DNA from: Nemertoderma westbladi
Taxonomy: Eukaryota; Animalia; Xenacoelomorpha
Length of the DNA stretch: 39,079 bases
Direction: 5' to 3'
Assembly (NCBI GenBank): GCA_032718475.1
Contig: JAUCBJ010005351.1
Location: 1 to 39,079 of the forward strand
Shown: positions 23,143 to 35,108 of the stretch, in pieces
Numbering within the stretch: the first letter of the stretch is position 1
How the letters are laid out: the number at the start of each line of letters is the position of its first letter
Notes under the pieces: generated by a model
What the model was told of the DNA's origin: nothing
Databases searched by the model: none
The model's input: only the letters and a program-made list of their open reading frames with translations
Translations under genes and position numbers: made by a program

Positions 23143-24061
23143 TAGGCCTATAAACTAACCAGTGAACCACCCCACGATCGGGAATTGCAGTAACTTTCAA
23201 TAAATAACAGTATTTCTTTGCACACGGCTATTGTTGATAAGTTTTTTTAATAAATTTGCCAAAATTTGACACTACAATAGTTCTACATAGATTTCGAGGA
23301 TACAGTAGACCTAGGGTATAACGCCCTTTAAATTGTTCGATTGTATTCTAGAAACCATTATTCGAATGAAAAATTGTAAATAATTTTCACATTTAAATGA
23401 AATTACATTTGCAATGTAAGTTGAGAGTTTCAAATTAGCTAGTCAATAGTTTATAACTACGTGCCGTACATGTTTGGCCCTATGACTATCCCTACTGATT
23501 GAACTCATCAAATGCAAGAGACAATTCGTACGGTAGGCCTACTGTAGCTACTTCTATTTATTTAATTTGCAGAAAATATTTCTAGAACATTATATATATT
23601 TGCAGCATGGCGTGATTTGCAAAGATAATTTCAATTTGAACTATATATATTACATAATGTCTCTGCAGTATTTTAAGTTATCAGAGCTACAGGTATATTT
23701 CTTGAATAATTCGATATATTTCCAGATAGAATAAATGGCCTCCATCGAACGATAATTCTTACAATCTTTGAACGCCTATATCTCAGCTGTTTCTCAACGA
23801 AATTCAGATATTGTTACATATTTCGAATCCTTGGAATGCAATCTTTCTAATGATATGATACGACTAATGTGAAGAATGGCTACGATATGGGAGGGTGCGA
23901 TTTCGCAAAAGTCAGAAAGACACTTTTTTAAAACACTTATAAAAAAATTCATAGGCAAAATCGAAAATTACGGCTTCGTGGTGACTACAACGTTGAGTTT
24001 AACTAGTTGTGTTCAAATGTCAAGCAATATGATAAAGATTTGTTGATTTTGATGGTTGACG

Positions 24062-24317
24062 TAATTACCTAAAACGACGTCTTGAACACGTCTTGATGGC
24101 ACGTATCTGTGTGATACTTTTCATGGTGGATATAATTACCTAAAATGACGTCTTGAACACGTCTTGATGGCACGTATCTGTGTGATACTTTTCATGGTGG
24201 ATATAATTACCTAAAATTACGTCATGAACACGTCTTGACGGCACGTATCTGTGTGATACTTTTCATGTTGGAAATAATTACCTAAAATTACGTCTTGAAC
24301 ACGTCTTAATGACACAT
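24062..24317. repeat. 71-bp tandem repeat, about 3.6 copies
   Basis: TAATTACCTAAAA starts at 24062, 24133, 24204 and 24275; the units are rich in ACGTC/CACGT. Confidence 0.95.
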
Positions 24318-24404
24318 CTACTTACCACTTATACCTACTGACTGACTACAGTATGAGTACAGTATATTTATATTAGTGGTGGGTATATTTTAGTTAGTTA
24401 TTTA

Positions 24405-25305
24405 TATTGGTGGTGGGTGTAGGTGGGTAGGAAAGTAATGAAGTGGGTGCGTGTGGGTAGGATAGGAAGGTAATATGGTGGGTGTGAGTGGGTAGGGAGG
24501 TAATGAGGCGGGTGTGAGTGGGTAGGAAGCAAATGAAGTGGGTGTGAGCGGGTAGGAAGGTAATATGGTGGGTGTGAGTGGGTAGGAAGGTAATGAGGTG
24601 GGTGTAAGTGGGTAGGAAGCAAATGAAGTGAGTGTGAGTGTGTATGAAGGTAATATGGTGGGTGTGAGTGGGTAGGAAGTTAATATGGTGGGTGTGAGTG
24701 GGTAGGGAGGTAATGAGGTGGGTGTGAGTGGGTAGGAAGCAAATGAAGTGGGTGTGAGTGGGTAGGAAGGTAATGAGGTGGGTGTGAGTGGGTAGGAAGC
24801 AAATCAAGTGGGTGTGAGTGGGTATGAAGGTAATATGGTGGGTGTGAGTGGGTAGGGAGGTAATGAGGTGGATGTGAGTGGGTAGGAAGCAAATGAAGTG
24901 GGTGTTGTGAGTGGGTAGGAAGGTAATGAAATGGGTGTGGGTGGGTATGAAGGTAATATGGTGGGTGTGAGTGGGTAGGAAGGTAATATGGTGGGTGTGA
25001 GAGTGTAGGAAGGTAATATGGTGGGTGTGAGTGGGTAGGATGGTAATGAGGTGGGTGTGAGTGGGTAGGAAGGTAATGTTGTGGGTGTGAGTGAGTAGGA
25101 AGGTAATATGGTGGGTGTGAGTGGGTAGGATGGTAATGAGGTGGGTGTGAGTGGGTAGGAAGGTAATATGATGGGTGTGAGTGTGTAGGAAAGTAATGAG
25201 GTGGGTGTGAGTGGGTAGGAAGGTAATGAAGTGGGTGTGAGTGGGTAGGAAGGTAAATAGTGGGAGTGAGTGGGTAGGATAGGTACTATGGTGGGTGTGA
25301 GTGGT
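24405..25305. repeat. 30-bp G-rich minisatellite (GTGGGTGTGAGTGGGTAGGAAGGTAATGAG), about 30 units
   Basis: Directly visible; it accounts for the His/Thr/Pro-rich minus-strand ORFs. Confidence 0.97.
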
Positions 25306-25489
25306 GCTATTGCGCACCACCAATGACAAGAAAATGGCCAAATTGACCCATTAGGTTTATTATATTTAGATATTTATTTATATTATATTTGGTTTATTAT
25401 TGGTTACATTATATAATAATGTTTTTTCTTTATTATAGTATCAACAAACACCGTCAATTTCAATCATAATGTCATGGATCTAAGCGATG

Positions 25490-25806
25490 TAAAAAGCGAC
25501 GCGTAAGTGCTTGTGTGGTGTAGTTATTTGAATTTGGCGTCTGTTATTGTTACAGTACGTGTCTACAGTAGCACGTCATTTGACGTGCTTGTGTGGTGTT
25601 CCAGTGTAGTATTTGACGTCTGATGACGTAATTGACACGTGTCTACCAAGTCATTTGACGTAAACTGTAGCACGTCTTGGTTTGACGTGCTCAAACACGT
25701 GTTTGACACTTCCAAAATACACGTGGCCAAGACGTCATTTTCACCACGTTTACGTCAAATAATTACGTCGTATCCACGTGTTTTTGACGTGTTGATGCTT
25801 ATAGGG
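25490..25806. mobile_element. probable DNA transposon terminus with GACGT/CACGT subterminal repeats
   Basis: Dense TTTGACGT/CACGT motifs ending GTTGATGCTTATAGGG (a CCC...GGG-type end); the motifs mirror the ACGTC motifs of the 71-bp repeat. Confidence 0.5.
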
Positions 25807-27559
25807 GGGAGGGGGGGGGGGGGGGTGTCCCCCGGTCCGTGTCATCAGAAAATGTATATTACGGTATATTACGGGTCATGGTGTATAGTATACAAACAGA
25901 GATACACGTGATCCGAGACTGTTCGCTTTTGGATGTGCTTTGTTCGGCTCACCCGTCCCTTAATTTCAACTCTTTTACGACCTTTTTTGATTCCAACCGC
26001 TTGGAGGAGTGCGGTTCATTCTTAGTTAGATGCTTGAACACACTTGAAATAATTTAAAACATATCTCCGTGTAATTAACTTATTAAATTATTTATTTGTA
26101 TATATATATATATATTAGGTAGTATTAATCATACTTAAATACGCGTTTGAGCCTTTGTTTAAATATTATTTTCTTGGACGATTGTTGCGACTCTTAGCCC
26201 ACTGCCCAATTTCACACAAATTAATTAAAGCTTATATTTGTCCCGGTATTTTGCCTGTCGGTTAATGTACCGTCATTTTAATATTATCCGTCCATTTGGC
26301 TATTGTTTTGTTTGTTTTTGTTACATTGTTTTCCGTTGTTACGTCTCTTCTTGTCAGTTGCTTGTGGCTATTTACTGGTAATTTTTATCGTCAATAAACT
26401 TAATAAAAATAAATACTGGCTGACTGGTGTATGATAATTGGCTGGGATGGAAGAGAGACACTTTTTCACACACTTTAGGCAAAAGTTAGAAAGCGGAAAT
26501 AAATTCTTTCTCACCTACGAGTAACAGTGGGCCTAAATACTGAAATTACTGTATGTATAAATTTAGGAGTATATTACCGCGCAACCAACATAGATTCGGT
26601 ACAGTTTCAGCGAGCCTGCTGAGTGAGTGAGTATGTTGATTCCACTTAGTATGTTAGTCAGGTGTTATTATAAGTGGTAAGTCCAAGAGCAGACCTGTTT
26701 TTAACGACATAGGTAACGGCATATTGGTCCAGGAATCGTTAGACCTGTAAACAGGTCTCCTCTTTAACCATTAACGATGCCATTTACACATTATGTATTA
26801 AAGCGGGAAATTTGAATGAATAACCAAAGACAGACAGACAGACGAGCAATCCTGTATTTAACCACTTCTCATACAGCAGTACAGTCATAGCAGCATAGTT
26901 CAGTACTGCAACTGCAGTAGTGCTGTAGTGAGTGTTTACTCCTATACTCCCTAGGTCCCTAACAGGTTGTCGCATTGGCCGAGAAAAAGGTGAAAAGAGG
27001 CCAGTTTTCTGCAGTGCGTGGGGCAGTGGGGCGTGGCTGGTTGCTCTTACGGCTTACACGCCAGCTTACTACAGTACTAGGCCTATATTCTGATATTAGG
27101 TTGTTCGTCTGTTCGTTGTTAGGCCTATGCCTGTATGCAGTTCTGCATTTCAGCAGCAGTTATGTTATTCCTGGATTATTGGCATTGGCTCTACAGCTCT
27201 ATCACACTAGGCCTAAACTGCTAAAAAGCCCAAACATCGAAAGATAATGACTGAATAATTTTGTTTTTTAAGGTTGGTTCGTTGGCAGGTTGGTCAGGCA
27301 GTCATGCACAAACCATAATTAATGCAGTAATTGAACCCTAGCGCTAGCCCAGTCTGCCAGTGACCTATATGGAATATTGACAAAAAGCGCGCCACACGGG
27401 TTCTAGTAAAGCGAAAAGCGCGCCAGCCATGACATTCAAAGTACGCGCCAACCATTCACCATGAAATTTTGCAATTAGTATGTAGTAGTGCAGTAGTGTC
27501 CGACTGCAGGACTGTATTATATTGTAATAATTTATCAGTTTATACTGCAGTATACCTAC

Positions 27560-29479
27560 CAGTCGGTGAGAAGTCAAAAATTGGACTTCAAGTCCAATTT
27601 TAGACTTCAAGTCCAATTTTGGACTCCAAAGTCCAATATTGGACTTTAGTACAACTCCAAGTGTACCCATGCTGCCATACTGTATATCGGTATTTAAATC
27701 AAAACTGCATCCCGTATCAGTACATATATATTAGATAATTACAATGCAACATTATTTTAATGATCAAATTAATTATTTTATGTATTATACAATTTTATAA
27801 ACAGGGATCGCACACCTACAGTCAGACATCAGTCGTTACTTTTTGCGGTAGTGGTATAGCTTTGCGGTAGCCTTACTGCCTTAGCGGTGTATACCGCGGT
27901 AGCGTAGTTGAGTTATAGCTGTATAGTTCATTCATACCCATACAGCCATACCTGTGGTATTTTCGTATGGCAAAAATAAGACTACTGTAAACTGTAACCT
28001 ATTACCCTATGTTATTGAGTTAATGTTTATTGACTAATTGTTTTGATTAGGTTCACTGTGTCAAGTACAATGCACACATCTCTGCATCTCCAACCAGACA
28101 CTGTATAACATTGGAGTTGGAGGTGTCTCATTCAGTCATTGGTTCCCCCAAGCTTGACACTAGAACAAAGCCGCCTCCGCTTTGCAGGACATCGCTTTAA
28201 GCCATGAGGACCAGCCAGTGCACCTCATGCTGTCATGGAGTGAATAAGCATGGTGGACAGCCCATGACTTTCTTGAGACGCATCTTTCTTACTGTCTTAA
28301 AGGACACTGGCCTTGAAGATGTGGATGATCTAATAGCAAATGTCATGGGTGATAAGGCTGTAAGAGTGTAAGGGAGTTGTGGAGGCGCACTTTTGTCAAC
28401 AAGCTGGCACAGCATTCTTAATACATAATAGGGCCTATATATATAATGCAGCTGCAATGAATCATGCCGATTGTAGTAGTAGTATGTGGTGAGGTTATAG
28501 GGCTCCTTCAATTGGTAAAGTCAAAAGTGGCCGTTTATTGTTTTAGTTAGAAAAGCCTGCCTCTGTAACCTGTTCCTTTCCCTCAATTGGTTTATGATTG
28601 GTTACTTGTTACTTCTGTACTTATTATGTGGAGACCCCAACACGTTAATCAGTTACTAATCCCATTTCATTATCCTGTTATCCAGCCGTTTTATAATACC
28701 ATTCCTGTTGTATGAAAAAATTAGAAGAGACTGAGAGGTGGTGGTCTGGTGGTAGCATCAACTTGTAGTATTTCTTTCTGATAGGGCTCCCATAGCCTTA
28801 GACGAAATCGTAGCTTGAACTGTAGTTAGCCTTAGCAGCAGCTGCAGTTGGCTAACCTGGCATTGCTATCAGTATCCACCAAATATAATTTGTAATTAAA
28901 TATTTGTTGGAGCATAATCTAATCTAGTCCTAAAGACACTATAAAGTCCTGGGTACATAAAGCTGTAAGGTTAGACATAACATGAATGTAAATTGTAAAC
29001 TAAACAATATGCTAAAAGTAAAGTACAAAGTACCTAGAATGCTAGAATGTACCATTATTCTAAGTACAGTACAGTCAGTACACTGAAGATACAAACAGAG
29101 CTGCTAAGGTAACTTTCCATAACTTAACAGCTGTCTGGCTGTCTCTCATCTGTCATGCTTCATGTACCTTTAAGTTCGATTCTCAATGTCACGTCCAAAA
29201 TTGGACTTAAAGTCCAATATTGGACTTTTGTAAAAATTCAAAGCCTTATAAAGAAAGTTCCCCCTGGTGAATTTCAGGTCCCCCTGTTCAAAACTCTTAT
29301 TTTTTGATATATTTTCGATTAAAGAAAAAAAATCCCGCCCGATCCAATTACCCAAGGCCCTGGAACAATTGCCTGATTTGAAGTCCAATATTGGACTCAC
29401 AGAAGTCCAATTTTGGACTTGAAATGGAGTCGAAGTCCAATTTTGGACTCAAGTCCAATTTTTGACTTCTCACCGACTG
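27560..29479. mobile_element. non-autonomous DNA transposon (1920 bp) with 29-bp TIRs and a 6-bp TSD
   Basis: Perfect TIR CAGTCGGTGAGAAGTCAAAAATTGGACTT at both ends; ACCTAC at 27554-27559 and 29480-29485; palindromic AGTCCAA-TTT/TA-TTGGACT subterminal repeats. Confidence 0.92.
28050..28485 (+). mobile_element. RTE-like LINE 3' fragment nested in the TIR element
   Basis: Reverse-complement homologue of 12137-12495 (for example GGAGTGAATAAGCATGGTGGACAGCCCATGACTTTCTTGAGACGCATC), ending CATGCCGATTGTAGTAGTAGTA. Confidence 0.88.
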
Positions 29480-30417
29480 ACCTACAGTATTTTAACATTA
29501 AAAGGCGAGCGTAGCGAGCAAATACATTTTGCAGAAATATTAACATTAATAGGCTGATAGCTGGATAGGCAGATAGGGGTACAGTATTAGTCAGATAGTA
29601 CAGTTGGTCAACCGACTGTTTATAAAATACAGATGTGATTAGTCATAAATTGCGAGCTTAGCGAGCAAAAATTTTAAAATTAATAGTGATAGTAGGTTGA
29701 ACTGTTTTTAAATACAGAATGTGATTATGGATTAAATTGCGAGGGAAGCGAGAACGGGAATGTGGTTTTATATTGGTTTTAACAATTGAAAAACTTCTGA
29801 AACAACTCCGTTAATAAACAGATACAGTAGCCTAATAGGGATATTGAAATAATGGATATGAGTAGGATATAATTACAAACGCGAGCGAATTCGAGCATTT
29901 TTTAAAAATTTAAAATAATTAAAAAAAACATTTTTTGAAAATTTTTTACTCTTTTTAAACATACTACCGGTAGTATATATAATTTCAAGTAGACTGGATA
30001 TGTTGCCAGTGCATTGCTACTGTACATGACATCCATATGCAGTTATGCGCCCCAGGATCCTCAATGCGCGCCACACGACCCTGTTGCTCTGCACCAGGAT
30101 CCTTATTGCGCGCCACACATTTTGACCAAACTCTACATAAATTCCAACCTGGGCCAGTGATGTGTTACACACTTAATATGTGTACATGTCAGTCTATGAA
30201 CCTTCTGGTTTGAAATAAATATATAATAATAAAATAAATTATTTTTGGGTACAATCAGACATTATATTATCAGATTATACCGGTACTGTTATACTACTGA
30301 CTGTCTGACTTGTTAAATTTCTTATATTATTATATTTAGCGTTAGCGTATAGGCCTACCTGTAACAGTAACACTAACTGTAGTGCGGACTGACCCAAACA
30401 TGAGCTACTGGTAGGCT

Positions 30418-33400
30418 ATGTCTTCTATTAAGAAAATTAGTATCCTTGGCATTCGAAGTTTTAACCCCGAATCTCCTCAAGTTCTTTCTTTCCAAACACC
30501 ACTTACTCTAATCCAAGGATGTAACGGTGCTGGAAAGACAACTATAATAGAATGTTTGAAATACATTTGCACTGGCGAATCGCCACCTGGGAGTCGGCAT
30601 TCCTTTGTTAATGACCCTAAAGTTGCCAACCTAGCTGAGGTTAACGCTCAGATAAAGCTGGCCCTCACAGACGTTAGCGGGCAACGTATGATAGTCTGCA
30701 GGAGTTTGGTTGCCACGCAGAAACTCAAAAAACTTGAAACGCGAACCATCGATGCTGTTATTACGCGATTCGATCAATCAGGGAAGAAAAGTAGTATCAC
30801 AACTAAATGTGCAGATCTTGATGCTGAGATGGTTCGAGCTCTTGGGGTATCTAAACCTATACTCAACTACGTAATATTCTGCCACCAGGAAGATTCTGCT
30901 TGGCCACTCAGTGAAGGCAAAGTCCTCAAAGAACGATTCGATAGTTTGTTTAACACCTCCAGATACAACAAAGCTTTAGATAATATCAGAAAAATCAAAC
31001 AAGATATGGATAAAGATGTTCGAGAGACTGAGGCGGAAATTAAATACCTTAAACAAAATCGGGATAAAGCTGGTGAAATTAAGGATAATTTATCTAAAAC
31101 AGAAGCGCGAATGCTTGCGTCTAAAGAGTCTATCGATAGGGTGAAGGCTGAGTTAGAACCCATAGAACGAAGATTGAATGAAATTAATATAAAAGTCGAT
31201 GCCATTTATAAACTCGATAAAAAGCTGTCGAATTATAACGCCGAACTTTCAGCTCAGACACGAGCGGTTGAAGAGTTGGAGGTCGCTCTTATAGGCAAGG
31301 AGTTCGATGGTAGTGATGTGGAATTGGTAGCGAAGATCCGGCGCTTAGAGGATGGGGAGGCCGATCGTAATAAAGAGTTACAGGACTGGCGGGTTGAGGT
31401 GGGGAAGCTTACAAAGGACGTCGATCGTTTAAACGCAGAGAAGCGTCGGATGTTGCAGAGTATAGGACAGAGAGAGCAGGAAGTTAAGGTTAATCAGGAA
31501 GATATTAGACAGCGAGATTCCATGATTAAATCCTTTGCTGAAGAATACGATATCGATGGCTTTCAGAATCCGACGTATTCAAAGGAGTCATTGAACCAAT
31601 TCAAAGATTTACTAAAAAGTAAAATCAAAGATAAAGTGGAGGAAAGAGGTAAAAGGAAAGTTGAACATGATAATTCCTTGGAGGATGTTGGCAATACTTT
31701 GAGTAATATTATGGGGGAACAAACATCCCTTCAGCACAAAATAAAAGATAATAAAGAAAAGATGGCAGATCATCGAAGTAAAATTAAAAGTTTCAAAAAT
31801 CAATTAGGCGAGGCGGATGCTGCTGCCAATAAAATCGCTGCGTTGGATAAAAAAATTGAAAAGGTCGAGAGTAAACTTAAGGAGGCCATGGAAGTTGGCA
31901 ACACAGATGTTATGAAGAAAGAGTTGGATGAACTTGAAAGGAGGCGCATTGAGCTCGAGTTTGAACTTCGACAAGTTAGTGAACTCCAGTCAGCTGTTTG
32001 TCGACAATCTGAGGTAAAAGCCAAACTCAACATGTTGAATAAAGATAGAGAAGATAAACTGGAAGTTGTTACTAAGATCACTGCAAAGCATGCAGATAAT
32101 GCTGATATTGTGTTGGGTGAATTTCCAGAAGAGAATTGTCGCGATAAAGTTACAAAGTTTATAGTGGAGAAAGAGTTAGAGCTATCCACAATGCAGGGAG
32201 ATGCTGCTACGATGAATAACAATTTAACCCGAATGGAAGCCGATAGGAGAAACTGTGTGGAGTTACTTCGAGAGAAGGAGCAGGAGGTTCGATCTTTTGA
32301 AGATAAACTTTACGAAGTTGCAGGGAGCCAAGACATTGATAATGAACTGGATAGCACCCAGGCCAACCTCACTCAGCTACAGGACGACAAAGGCGCTCTC
32401 AGTGCTTCTATTCATATATTTAAACAATACGAGAAACGTTTAAAAGAAAGTAAACCTTGTTGTCCACTCTGTCATCGGGGATTCCAGAATATGTCCGATG
32501 TCAATGATTTAGTTTCTGAAATACAGAATAAAGTTTCGATGGTTCCCAGAAAAGTTGAATCCAGAAATAAAGAAATAAAGGAGAAACAAATTAAAATGAA
32601 TAATTTGTTGGAGTTGCGGCCGGCGAAAGAGAAGGTTAATCAGCTTATTGGGGAAGAGATTCCTAATCTAAAGAAGAAAATCGATTCTATGAAGAGAAAA
32701 GTTGAGAGTTTCGAGTCTAAATTGAAAGAAATTAATGAACATAAAGAATTAATAGAGTCAGATCTCGCAATAGCGAGGTCGATGGTTCCAGATCTTCAGC
32801 AATACGATAAAGTCAAGAAGGATCTTAAGGATCTAGTGAAGGAAATTGCTAATGAATCTAAGCATCTTAGAGGGAGTTCTATGACTAATACTTTAGAAGA
32901 AGTGGAAGGGAAGAAAAAATTAGCGGAGTCCCAAATGGATAATTTGTCTAAAACTATACAGCAAAAACGTTCTGAATATGAGACAACTGTAGAAAAGATT
33001 AATAAGTTTGAAAGATCGGTCAATGAACTCATCAGCGAGAAACTGCAAGCATCATCCGCATTGCAGAAACGGTCCCAATTGATGGAACAAAAAGCGGAAC
33101 TAGAAAGAGAATTGAGTGACTTAGAAGTTAAAAGTAGAGAGTTAGTCAAATGTATAGAGCCCTTAGAAACACAACGTAAAGAAACTGCCTCCTCGAAGGA
33201 AAAGATATCGAAATTGAGAGATACTGAGCTGGAGGTAATGCATTCGGAGGCCACTAACATGTTCCAAAGAGGGAAGAACATAGCGGACTTGTCCAATAAG
33301 ATTAACGCTTTCCAGAAATCAGGTAAAGCTGATGCCTTACATCAGTTGAAGGATGATTTGGGTAAAGTCGATGGGAACATTAGCAAACTGGAGAAGCGAA

Positions 33401-34416
33401 AATCAGATGCCGCAGATAAAATCAATGATATCAATGAGTTGGTTGGGAAGCAGGAGATTATATTGCGACAGTTGATGGATGAGAAAAACGTGAGAGAGAA
33501 GAGACGAGATATCGCGACTCTAAAAGATAAAGTGTCGGAGATTAGGGTGGAGTTGGGTGGCCACAATGCTGGTACGGTGGAAAGGGAGCGGAAACAGTTA
33601 TCCACCAAACAGGTTCAGTTGGTGGAGGAACGCAATCGAGCGGATGGCAGGGTCCAACAGCTGAGGGAACAGTGCGATAATTACAGGACCGAGTTGGCGA
33701 GCAGTCAATACGCGAACGCAGAGAAAAAGCATCTCAACAAGGTTATTGAGTGCGAGACATCGCGTATATGTTCGGAAGACTTGGAGAAGTACTACAAGGC
33801 ATTGGACAGAGCATTAATGGTCTACCATAAAGAGAAAATGGATGAAATTAATCTGATAATCCGAGATCTTTGGCTACAAACCTACCGGGGTAATGACATT
33901 GACAGCATCGCCATCAGACACGACGAGGAGGGGTCTTCCAATCTGAAACGAAGGAACTTTAATTACCGTGTTGTCATGGTGAAGGGTTCCGCCGAGCTGG
34001 ATATGCGTGGGCGATGCAGCGCGGGGCAGAAAGTATTCGCGTCTTTGGTTATTCGGTTGGCGCTCGCGGAGGTGTTCTGTTCGCAGTGCGGGATTCTGGC
34101 TCTGGACGAACCAACTACCAATCTCGATAAAGAGAACGTTGATAGTCTCTCCGCGGCTCTCGTTGAGTTAATCCGCACTCGCGGTCAGCAATCTAACTTC
34201 CAGTTGTTGGTTATAACTCACGACGAAGAATTTGTTGATTCTATCGGGCGCTCTGACTATATCGACCATTTCTACCGCATCAAGAAGAATCCCGTGGGAC
34301 ACAGCGAGATCTATCAAACGGACATGCGTGGTTGGATAGAGAGCAGAGAGAAGGATGTTGTCATGGGAGACGAAGATATCACATCTGCCGGTCCTCCTAG
34401 GAAAAGGAAACGCTAG
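30418..34416 (+). CDS. RAD50: DNA repair protein RAD50 (MRN complex SMC-like ATPase), 1332 aa, single coding exon
   Basis: N-terminal ILGIRSF, Walker A GCNGAGKTTIIECL, Q-loop IFCHQED, long coiled coils, zinc hook CPLC, signature MRGRCSAGQK, Walker B/D-loop LALDEPTTNLD, ITHD switch, C-terminal NLS-like PPRKRKR. Confidence 0.99.
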   Translation: MSSIKKISILGIRSFNPESPQVLSFQTPLTLIQGCNGAGKTTIIECLKYICTGESPPGSRHSFVNDPKVANLAEVNAQIKLALTDVSGQRMIVCRSLVATQKLKKLETRTIDAVITRFDQSGKKSSITTKCADLDAEMVRALGVSKPILNYVIFCHQEDSAWPLSEGKVLKERFDSLFNTSRYNKALDNIRKIKQDMDKDVRETEAEIKYLKQNRDKAGEIKDNLSKTEARMLASKESIDRVKAELEPIERRLNEINIKVDAIYKLDKKLSNYNAELSAQTRAVEELEVALIGKEFDGSDVELVAKIRRLEDGEADRNKELQDWRVEVGKLTKDVDRLNAEKRRMLQSIGQREQEVKVNQEDIRQRDSMIKSFAEEYDIDGFQNPTYSKESLNQFKDLLKSKIKDKVEERGKRKVEHDNSLEDVGNTLSNIMGEQTSLQHKIKDNKEKMADHRSKIKSFKNQLGEADAAANKIAALDKKIEKVESKLKEAMEVGNTDVMKKELDELERRRIELEFELRQVSELQSAVCRQSEVKAKLNMLNKDREDKLEVVTKITAKHADNADIVLGEFPEENCRDKVTKFIVEKELELSTMQGDAATMNNNLTRMEADRRNCVELLREKEQEVRSFEDKLYEVAGSQDIDNELDSTQANLTQLQDDKGALSASIHIFKQYEKRLKESKPCCPLCHRGFQNMSDVNDLVSEIQNKVSMVPRKVESRNKEIKEKQIKMNNLLELRPAKEKVNQLIGEEIPNLKKKIDSMKRKVESFESKLKEINEHKELIESDLAIARSMVPDLQQYDKVKKDLKDLVKEIANESKHLRGSSMTNTLEEVEGKKKLAESQMDNLSKTIQQKRSEYETTVEKINKFERSVNELISEKLQASSALQKRSQLMEQKAELERELSDLEVKSRELVKCIEPLETQRKETASSKEKISKLRDTELEVMHSEATNMFQRGKNIADLSNKINAFQKSGKADALHQLKDDLGKVDGNISKLEKRKSDAADKINDINELVGKQEIILRQLMDEKNVREKRRDIATLKDKVSEIRVELGGHNAGTVERERKQLSTKQVQLVEERNRADGRVQQLREQCDNYRTELASSQYANAEKKHLNKVIECETSRICSEDLEKYYKALDRALMVYHKEKMDEINLIIRDLWLQTYRGNDIDSIAIRHDEEGSSNLKRRNFNYRVVMVKGSAELDMRGRCSAGQKVFASLVIRLALAEVFCSQCGILALDEPTTNLDKENVDSLSAALVELIRTRGQQSNFQLLVITHDEEFVDSIGRSDYIDHFYRIKKNPVGHSEIYQTDMRGWIESREKDVVMGDEDITSAGPPRKRKR

Positions 34417-35036
34417 CCAATCAGAGGCCTTGTTTAATTATGTAGAGATTTGGAACGAGCCTCAATTAGGAGCGTTATATGGTAATGTAATAATTAGTCT
34501 ACAATATGGCGGGTGTCTGCTTAATCAGACATTAAGTCGTCGATTAGTTTATTGTTCGATATAATTTTTAATATTCTTCCCAATAGAAACTATAATTTTT
34601 ATAGAAACCACACCAAACTGTTATAAATTTCATATTATTTTCTATAGCTTTGTTCTTTTCAACAGATTGTAGTTTATTTGGAGTGTTTAATGCAGTAATT
34701 GGTTTGTATTTCAGAAATAATTAAATTACAAGTTTGTGCCCCCATCTGTGCAATACTATATATGCAGATATATTAATTGTTACGAAGTCAAAACAACTGC
34801 TTATTTAAGAGTTCATACTGTAGTAGCTTCATTATTGTGTAAAGTTATTTTTAATTGTTACATGGTTATATTGTTACGAATGTTACATTGAGACAGTTAA
34901 AAATTGGTAATAACGTAACGGAATTCCTTAAGGGTGGGGGGGGGGGGGGTCACTAATTGACTATAAATTTTCATCCCCTTATTAGGAGACTGGATTTTAT
35001 CCAAATTAATTGATGTTTTGCACACTTGTATGTGGA

Positions 35037-35077
35037 CACTATGTCCTGGAATATAGTATCGTTATTCAGGTACCCCC

Positions 35078-35108
<31 letters not shown>

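Noticed and set aside
24394-25341. 315-aa His/Thr-rich protein
   Set aside because: It is the translation of a 30-bp minisatellite, begins at a non-ATG codon, and other frames are also open; no independent coding evidence.
27340-30160. Larger outer transposon enclosing the 6-bp-TSD element (GCGCGCCACAC and GCGAGCG.AGCGAGC motifs on the flanks)
   Set aside because: The motifs are suggestive, but I could not find matching TIRs or a TSD.
30867-34178. Minus-strand ORFs inside RAD50
   Set aside because: Antisense shadows of a long coiled-coil CDS; no recognisable domains.
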